Source of the DNA: Octopus vulgaris
Taxonomy: Eukaryota
Assembly: GCA_951406725.2 (NCBI GenBank)
Contig: OX597816.1
Span: 71,300,001-71,364,000 of the forward strand
Direction of reading: 5' to 3'
Length of the DNA: 64,000 nt
Shown here: positions 39,301 through 49,209 of the stretch, piece by piece
Layout of the letters: every line of letters starts with the position of its first letter
Numbering within the stretch: the stretch's first letter is position 1
Translations under genes and position numbers: made by a program
Notes under the pieces: generated by a model
Databases searched by the model: none
The model's input: only the letters and a program-made list of their open reading frames with translations
What the model was told of the DNA's origin: nothing

Positions 39301-42300
39301 TATGTTTGTGTGTCTTTTATGCCATCAAATATAGGGGTTTTTTTTCTCTAAATAAATTAATCCTTTGCCTGTTCTATGTAGTACCTGTTATACACAGGAC
39401 ATATTTCCCTGGTGTCCATGCATCATATATGAAACATATTCCCAATTTTCTCAACCACCAGAGTAGCTTGGGACTTATGAAAGAAAACGTTTATATTACT
39501 TAGAAACTAGTGAGACCATAACCCGTGGCCTATGCCAGGGGTGTAACCAGCCCACTTATGCGTACCTTTCCTTCAGCTGACACTAAACTCTGCTTGCAAA
39601 GACCTGTTGAGGCAAGTGAAATTGAAATCAAATTCGATGACTGGCATCCGTGCTAGTGGAGCGCTAAGAGCACCATCCGAGCATGAACGTTGCCAGGAGC
39701 AGCTGACTGGCTTCCGTGCTGGTGGCATGTAAAAATCACCATTCAAGTGTGATCATTACCAGCATCACCTTATTGGCACTTGTGCTGGTGGCACATGAAA
39801 AAAACATTCAGGTGAGGTCGTTGCCGGTGTCACTGGACAGGCTCCTGTACAGGTGGCACGTAAAAAACACCATTTGAGTGTGGCTGTTGCCAGTACCACC
39901 TGACTGGCCCTCATGCCAGTGGCACGTAAAAGCACCCACTAACTTTCAGAGTGGTTGGCATTAGGAAGGGCATCCAGCTGTGGAAACTGACAGATCAGAT
40001 TGGAGCCTGGTGCAGCCATCTGGTTCGCCAGTCCTCAGTCAAATCGTCCAACCCATGATAGCATGGAAAGCGGACATTAAACGATGATGATGAAGGGCTA
40101 ACTAAAAATGGAAAACAAGGATGGACATTTAAGACAAACTTATAAAAAGGCTTGGGACAGGTTTAGTGAAAAAGTTTGTCTTTTAGTCCTATCAAACTCC
40201 TGACCAAACAGGTTTACTGTCTCTAATATTTCCATGGATGTAATTGAACAGTCTGTGTTATATTGTGAGACATACTCAGATTAATATGGGAAATAGAGGG
40301 TGAGATGGAAGGTCAAAATGAAGAAATATTTCCCTACCAAGATGCACTAAATGGTCATTGTTGTTTAGCTCCAGGTCAGCTCTAATTAAGCAGCCTAAGT
40401 GATCAAAGGCATTCCCTAAACAATCAACCTATCATTTACTTGGACAATAATACAAGTTCCATCAGATGATACCAAATTTTACCATAGTTAGCATTTACTT
40501 TCTTTGTTGGTTAAATAAGTGCGGAGTAAATTCAGTGCCTTGCCTTGAATACAGGTGTAAGGATAGGCTAAAGGCAATGGATTTTTTTCTTTTATTATTT
40601 CAACCCTTTTGATACCAACATGCCTGAAACTGCTTCTGGCTCAGTAGTACAAATGTCTTGTTTTCAAAAGTTCTGAATTAAAATCTTCCACCAAACTTTA
40701 GACACAATTTATGTTCCTGACACTAGTGTAATGATAACTAAGTTATTCTACTAAATTCTTTGTTATATTTAAAATTAATTGAAAGAAACACAAAGCATCT
40801 CAACAGAAATAAAGTAGCAATATATATGTAGCTAATTGGTTCAGAAGAAAGTAGAAGCTGTTATGCTAGCAGTGAGGGAGTCAGAGAGAAGAAACAGGAA
40901 GAGTATATAGCTAGCTAGTTCAGAGTAGAGAGTAGAGGCTGTTATTGTAGAAGTGAGAGAGAGAGAGAGGGGAATCAGGAGTATGTAGCTAAGTGGTTGG
41001 AAGAGATTCACAGCTGTTATTGTAGAAGCAGAGGAGACAGGGAGGGTACAGCATCTGTAAGCCAGTGGCTGAAGTATGTTCGGTGAGTGATTTATTGCTA
41101 ATAAGCCGAGTGGTTTTCTTTTTGGATGTGGTCTATATATCAGTGTGTGTGTATGTACAGAGGCAAAACTGTCTCTTAGATGTGCCAGAAAACGCAAATA
41201 TTTCTCCCTTTGTGGATCTTAGAAATATTTGTGTTTTTCTGATTACTATATGGAAGTTGTTTTTGCAATGCAGTTCAAGAAATGTGATGTGTGTCAAGTC
41301 ACCACAAGAGATAATTAGGTGCTGTGAGGCCCTAGAAAGACTTTGAAGGTTTTAGTTGTGTTTGTGATTAGAAAGGGTGCAGTACTAGTCTCTTTCTTTG
41401 ATCTGTGTCACGATTGTGTATTCATGCATTGAAAGGAGGCCTGGCTGTTGTGCCTCTGTTCATTATTCGCAAGGTCTCTGTTTATGAAAGTAGCTTATAT
41501 CTGGCATGACATGATTAAGATGTGTAATGATAATACCTGTGTTTGTATGGCTAAAGAGGGGTGAATAGTAAAAGCAGATTTGATAATGAGTCAGAAGGAC
41601 TGTCGTCATACATGCTGCAGTAATACACTTTTATAAAAGAGTTTCCAAGCAATGAGAGACTGATGGCATCCACCTTTAATGACTTGCTTAGAGGCTCCTG
41701 CTGAGGTGATCCTTAACTGGGTACATAGCACAGATATTAAAACCTGACTACATGTTACCTTTCATCTGGTCTATATATTTCTTTTACCTTTAAATAAGAA
41801 TTGATCATAAATTGAATGACATGAAATATGTTATATAAAGATTTCACTCTAGAGCTGCTTCTTTTGCATAATTCAAACATATAATAACATGCCTGGATAC
41901 CAAGCCACACCAACACCAGAGCTGGATACTATAAAGGTACCTAGGGCTCTCACACATGTATTGTTTTAAATCACTTTTGTTGCTCTTATAGACAATACTT
42001 TTTTTAACTGAACCACAATCTGTTTGAAATTTTTCCAGGATTAGATAATACTGGAAAAGGCCCGAAACCAACTCTTCTAGCTATTGCTCTCCACTCTAGT
42101 CATTTAGCTGCTCATCTTTCTCAGAACAAACCAGCAAGTGTCACAGACAATCCCCCGATTTGCTCCTCTTTGCCATTGGGCGACAGCCACCAGAGCTGCT
42201 CAGAAAGCAGTGCAAACAGTGAGCAGCAAATGGAAATCAAAGTAAGTATTCTGTGCTGCCATTTCAACTTAGAGCAAATATCAACTTATTCATTCATTTA

Positions 42301-45300
42301 TTTACTTATTTACATTATGCATTTTGTGAACAATAGTGTTGGATTTAGGTTTTGTTTAGGCCAATCACTCGTTCACTGTTTTTCTTATGGCAAGAGTAAC
42401 AAAGGAGTGTCTGTGCAAATCAATATATCATGTTGAACCGTTAATTCCTACACATTTTTTTTCTCTCTCCCTTTTTTTTTCCCATTCTCTCTCCGTTTTT
42501 TCCCTTGTAATCCTTTCTGTCAAAGAGTGTAGGCTCGAAACTTCAGACTTTGCCATTGCTTCCTGAGTGTTAAACTAATACACCTGCTTGTTGTTCCCTC
42601 ACCTGTCTTCGCCTTTTCTTTTCTGTAAGTTTGAACTAATATATATATGAGGATATTATTATTTATAATAATACCAGTGGCTTAGCATTCATTAAAAAAA
42701 CCCATAACAGTAAAAAATTATCAATTAATAATTAAGGGTACTAACAAGCAGTACCGGCATGCTAAATATAGCCGTCAAAATGACTGTGGTTTGGTCATTT
42801 TGACTGCTATATTTAGCATGCTGGTACTGCTTGTTAGTGCCCGTAATTATTAACTGATATATAATCATCATCATCATTTTAATGACCAGTTTTCCATGCT
42901 TGTAAGGGTCGGATGGAATTTATTGAGGCACATATTCTATGCCTGGATACCCTTCTTGTCACCAACCCTCCTCTGCTTCTAAGCTGGGTAATATTTCTCC
43001 ATAGCCTGACAAGTTTACACAGAATATTGGAAAGGAACGATGCTCATTTACAGCAGTCGAACAATGTTAAGACATGTGCGCACACACACACACACACACA
43101 CAGAAGTTTCTTTCAGTTTCTGCCTACAAAATCCACTCACAAGACTTTGGTTGGCCTGGGGACGACTGTAGAAAACACTTGCCCAGATGCCATACACTGG
43201 GACTGAGCTCAAACCTATGTGGTTACAAAGAGAGCTTCTTAACCACTCAGCTATACCTATGGCCACACCTGCACCTATTGTCACATCTATGCAAAAGAAT
43301 ATTTTTGCTCAAAGTAGCTGGTTTTATCTCTGATAGACGCATCTTTCACTGATGAATGATATTTATATATGCATGTATATCACCTTGATCACCTTGACCG
43401 ACCAGTCCGTTGGGCGTCCATTTGACACCGCTGGTCACAGTACGCTGTCCACTCCTCTCTAGATCGCACCTTTCTCATCCATGTGATTCTAATCATCCTC
43501 CTGAAATCGTAACTCCACTGTCGTGGAGGCCTTCCGGGTGGTTGTTTCCGCTCGCGCGGGTACCACTCGACAACTTCATGGGTCCACCGATTATTGGTGA
43601 GCTGGGCGACGTGTCCAGCCCATCTAAACTTGCTGCATGTATACTCTGCGATGACATCCCTCACGCTGGACTTCTTTCTGATGTGCTCTCTCAACGAGAT
43701 ACCAAGCATTGACCTTTCCATGGCTCTTTGAGCTATTACCAGTCTCTGCTCTTCTCTCTTTGTGGTAGCCCATGTTTCACTACCATATAACATTGCAGGT
43801 AGAACTGTACTGTTGATGAGGTTGGCGTGGGTGGTCCTGTCCAACCTTCCCTTGAGCACATATGCATGTATATGTGCACGTATATATGATTTTTCTCACG
43901 TTTTCATTTAGCAAATTTCACTCAAAGCATTAGTCAATTCAAACTTGTAATAGAAGAGACTTTCCCAAGGCTCACCCTGCTGTGGGATTGAACCTAGGTT
44001 TATCTGGTTGCAGCGGAAACACATTAACCACACACTGTTTTAGTTTTCAATTTTAGTCATGCTATATATATAAATGGTCAAATTTCCTGTACCCTACCAA
44101 TGGAACCATAAGTTTTTAAACAAAGCAAGGACAGAAAGACATCCCTATAAGCTGCAGATTATCTTATAGTTGTCTCATCTTGACTTAACATCTGTTTTTC
44201 CATGTTGGTATGAGTTGAACGGTTCAACAGGAATTGACAAATCGGGGGTTTGTGCAAAGCTTCAGTGTCTGCTTTGGCATGGTTTCTACAGTCGGATGCT
44301 TTCCCTAATGCCAAACATTTTACAGTGTGTGCAAAGTGCTTTCTTTATGACACCGGCCTGAGCCAGGTTTCCAAGTACTTGCAAGACCCCTTCAACTGAT
44401 TCAGGGTGTGATATTGAAGGATGTGAATGTATGATAGAGGGACAGGAACTGGTGCCTTAATGAAGAGATGAATACATGACTTCCCTAGCTAATGACAAAA
44501 AGAGAGAAATGGTGAGGGAGGGCGAACCCTCAAAGTACAAGGGGAATATGAGAGAGAGAATAGAGATAGAGGAACAGAAAGTGTTAGTGCTACGAGGCTG
44601 AAAAAAGTGGCATGATTAGAGATGGTGTACTACATAGGTAGAACAGTAATTAAGTATACATTTTTGTATTTTTCTATTTGTTAATTATGATAATTTCTGT
44701 TAGTTAACTGTTTCTTTGCTGACTAACACTAAACTACCTAACTTAAGTTGTTGATATATTCATATTGAGATCATGATTGAAATATCATTATTTCACAAAT
44801 GATAACTGAAGATTTTAATTGTTAAAATGATAGTTTAGTTAGGAATTTCTTAATATATTACTGGCACCTGTGCTGGTGGCATGTGTAAAAAGATTCAAGT
44901 GAGGTCATTGACAGTACCGCCTAACTGGCCCCCATGCCGGTGGCATGTAAAAAGCACCCACTACACTTTCAGAGTGGTTGGCGTTAGGAAGGGCATCCAG
45001 CTTTAGAAACTCTGCCAGATCAAGATTGGAGCCTGGTGCAGCCATCTGGTTCGCCAGGCCTCAGTCAAAATCGTCCAACCCATGCTAGCATGGAAAGCGG
45101 ACGTTAAACGATGATGTTGATGATGATGAGTACCAGATCAATATCTACTATAATCTATAATTTTCAATTATTTTACTTCCTGCTTCCTTTCATTTGTTGA
45201 ATGCATTGTTGTAGTTACTAGGTTCAGAAAGATTCACGACTTTCATTTAAGTGAATTTGATGTACAAGAAGGATTGGTTATGAGCACCAGGGGGATTTGT

Positions 45301-45846
45301 CATTGTGTGTTACTGCTGTGCATGTGTGCTATCATGACCGAGATACTCTTCAAGTGTCGGTGTTTCTGGGGTGGGGTGAGTTTGTTGGAGCACAACTTCA
45401 TGGACCGGTAGATAACTGTAGCACAAGTGTTAGTTTCAGCACTTCACACTTCACTTGTTTCATTGACGTTGCTGCAATATTGGTGAAGTGGTGCGCTTAG
45501 TAATTTTTTTTCTACTTTATGATTATAGCAATGAGCCTTTGGATGGCAAGGGGAAACTTTTGATTCATTGATGGTGTGATGCAGACAATGGTAGCTGAGG
45601 GTCATTAGTGTTTTACCTTGACTAGTATTTGGAATATAGTGGGTACGAATAAAATGAATTCATATCTGGGTTCTCTAAAACAATACAGCTGTTGGTCAAC
45701 CTCTTAGTGTCGCATGGTTTATTTAGGTCTTGTACAAACTATAGGAATTTGATTTAGTTCAGACCAACAAGACACATCTTATTATGGATCGTATATAGAT
45801 GTTGGATTAAGAGGAGATTGTATCTAGTACCTGATTGAATGAACAA

Positions 45847-45892
<46 letters not shown>

Positions 45893-48051
45893 GAAGAAGC
45901 AGAGACAAGTAAATAGATAGAGAGAAGAGAGAGCATTATTTCAGATGAATTACTGCAGCAATTATTAGTAAATTTACAGTTAGTTTTCTAGTTGTTGTTA
46001 GGATGTTACTTTAGATTGGTTGACTGTGTGCTTTTTTTTTTTAACTTCTAATATCACAGTCTCAGTTGATACAATTCCGTAAACGTACCTCTCTAAGGAT
46101 CTGTATTACTATATCTGATAATGTACCTATTTAACCCTTTAGTGTTCAGATTGGTCTGGCAAATGTAATGTTTATTTATTCACAATGCTTTGAATTTATC
46201 ATGAATTATCTCATAACTTCAAAATTTCAATTAGAATGACACTGTAGGGTTGGTGTGAGAAGCCAGTTTGAAGGAAAAACAGATAGAATATTTGGGCTGG
46301 ATATGATCAGTTTAAATTCTAGAGGGTTAAACGTGGGTGACACTGTGTCAGCTGATGTACATTTTAAAAGCCTCTGTGTCAACGATCATATCTCTTTAAC
46401 TGTAACAATGTATTATGAGGTCACAAATATCATTAATTGATGGACAAGTGATATATCTCTTAGTGCTAACATCCTACTGAAGACATATGATCAACCTCAG
46501 TAGCTGTAATAACCTACTGTACACTATGTACCACTGTCCATTTAACATCTGATGCCAGACGTGATGTATCACCGTAAACGTAAACACCTCACTCTGGAGG
46601 TGTGATGCACCTCATTGTTACAGAACATTACGGTTCGAATATGATGTTATTTTGGATAGGCAGTATAAATAGTCTTGATGATTACTTACAGCAGACGGCA
46701 TGAAATATAATTATGTTTCATTTTAAAATGTTGTTTTTATTGTAAACTAAATATGTTTATTGTTGTTGTTGTTGTTGCTTTATTAATAGAGAGACAACAG
46801 TAACTCCAGCTGTGAACTGGACTGCAATCAGAACCCTTCACCACCAAATTATCCCCAGGTGAAGCAACATCTGTAAGTGAACTCTTTGAATGAATGAATA
46901 CACACACACACACACATGTATGCATGCGCGCACACATACACTTGTTTTTATATATACATATCTATATATATATAAAATTAGAGAAAAAACCACCTTTTAC
47001 CAATTCAAAATGAACAATTAAATTACACCATCTAGAAAATTACATATAATAGAAATATTAAAATTGAAATAACAATATTATTGTTATTCTAATTTTAATA
47101 TTTTAATATTTCTATTATATGTAATTTTCTAGATGGTGCAATTTAATTGTTCATTTTGAATTGATAAAAGGTGTTTTTTTTTCTAATTTTTATATATATA
47201 TATATTATATTTTGTGAAATTTGATTTAGTATTTCTAAATTGAATTTTTCCCTTTAAGTTAGGAATAATATTCCCTCAAATAGTAATTATTTTATATATA
47301 TATATATCACTCCTCCTCATCTTTGTCACTCCTAGCCAAAACCACTTCCTTTTGCACCCTGCTTTCAAGCTGAAGGGTCGTGTTCCCATGCGCTGCTACT
47401 ACATCCTCCGTCTATGCCAGAAAAAAAGGCCTTTTCGTTTGTTTTTTTGTCCATTTTGATTTCTCGTATTGTAATTTCTTTTTATTTCTCATTTTGTTTT
47501 TTCTTGTACATGTATTTTTATCTTGTATTTTATTTTGCAGTTTTTTTTGTATCGTTTTTACGTCCTGTTTTTGTTACATTTTTTCATGTCTGTTTTTACC
47601 CCTCTGCGAGGCAATTTTGTTTTAATTCTCTCGCAGGAAGGACTAGTTGACGAGTTGTGTCCTGTCTTCTCTTCGAAACACACTTGAATCTGCTAGTGAC
47701 AGCTGATGATTGGGGATTTTTCCTTGTGTAGTATGTCCTGTACCTTGTTTTTCTGTTGTAAAAAATAATGTTTTTCCCGTTTTCATTTCTCGTTGAGTTC
47801 CACGTCTCTGTTTTTTTTGTTGTAAAAAAAATGGCTTTTCCGTTTTCGTTTTTCGTTGAGTTCTACGTCTAGTTGTGGTGTCCTGTACTCATGTATATAT
47901 ATTTATATATACATGTAGATGTAGGTACGTACATATATGTTTGTATGTATGCATATATTTTATTTATTACATTATTGTCTGACAGAGCATTCGCATCAGG
48001 TTCGATTCGATTCGTCGCTTTGTTCCATTTCTCTTCCTCCCAGTATTGTTT

Positions 48052-48119
<68 letters not shown>

Positions 48120-48581
48120 TATGAGAGGTAATGGTGTCATTGAGACCCAAAGGTGTTAGGTAATGCTGAATAAGTGCTATAGATGGACTGCAGTTAAGTT
48201 CCAGATTCGGTGATAATACGAATAAGGGGTTCAACATTGGTCATATGTCAGTGTGTGTATATAAAAATTGCGAAATAAAATTTTTATATATATATATATA
48301 CATATATATTTATGTTAATATCAAAAAGTGAGAATGAGAGCTCAACAACTGCATTAGTGGACAAATATTTTTTTTTTTGTGGTGGTGGGGTTAGCATATC
48401 CCTCTGATATTTGTATATATTTGTTTATTCCCAAATCTCATGTGATCTCGCATGACCTCGTCTTATCATCCAAGATAGCAATGAGCACCAATGTCCCATG
48501 TGGCAGGCTTGATACTTGTTGACATGTCTCTCTACAAGAAAGCAATGGTAGCTTTGTTAACCCACAAATCAAGTGTGCATA

Positions 48582-48632
<51 letters not shown>

Positions 48633-49095
48633 TTTATTTAAAAGCAGCAGAAATATAACGTAAGCTGTTACTCGGAGTTTCACGTTCCCGTTCGTTGGAC
48701 AGTTTTGTTAAAATAGAACCGAAAACTGTCTGACGAATGGGAACGTGAAACTCCGAGTAACAGCTTTTGTTATATTTCTGGTGCTTTTAAATAAAGCATA
48801 TTACTCTACCATTGGTATTTGAGTACTCTTTTTTCCACCTTGTTTCACATTTATGCTTACTCCGGTATATATATATATATATATGTGTGTGTGTATATAT
48901 ATATATATATATAGATAGATAGATAGACATGGTGTTTTTTTCTCTCTCATGCCTATATTTTAGAAATGCTTCTCTTTTTCTTTCTCTATTTCCCTCCCCT
49001 TTTCTCTCTCTCTCTCTCCGCTGCATGCCACTTTTTCTCACATACACACTCTCTCTCTCTCTTTCTCTCTCCCCCTCTCTCTCTCTTTCTCTCCC

Positions 49096-49142
<47 letters not shown>

Positions 49143-49178
49143 CCTCTCTCTCCCTCTCTCTCTCCCTCTCTCTCTCCC

Positions 49179-49209
<31 letters not shown>

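Noticed and set aside
41200-41750. Possible decayed L2/CR1 fragment on the minus strand
   Set aside because: Only a faint APNYL-like motif; insufficient to annotate
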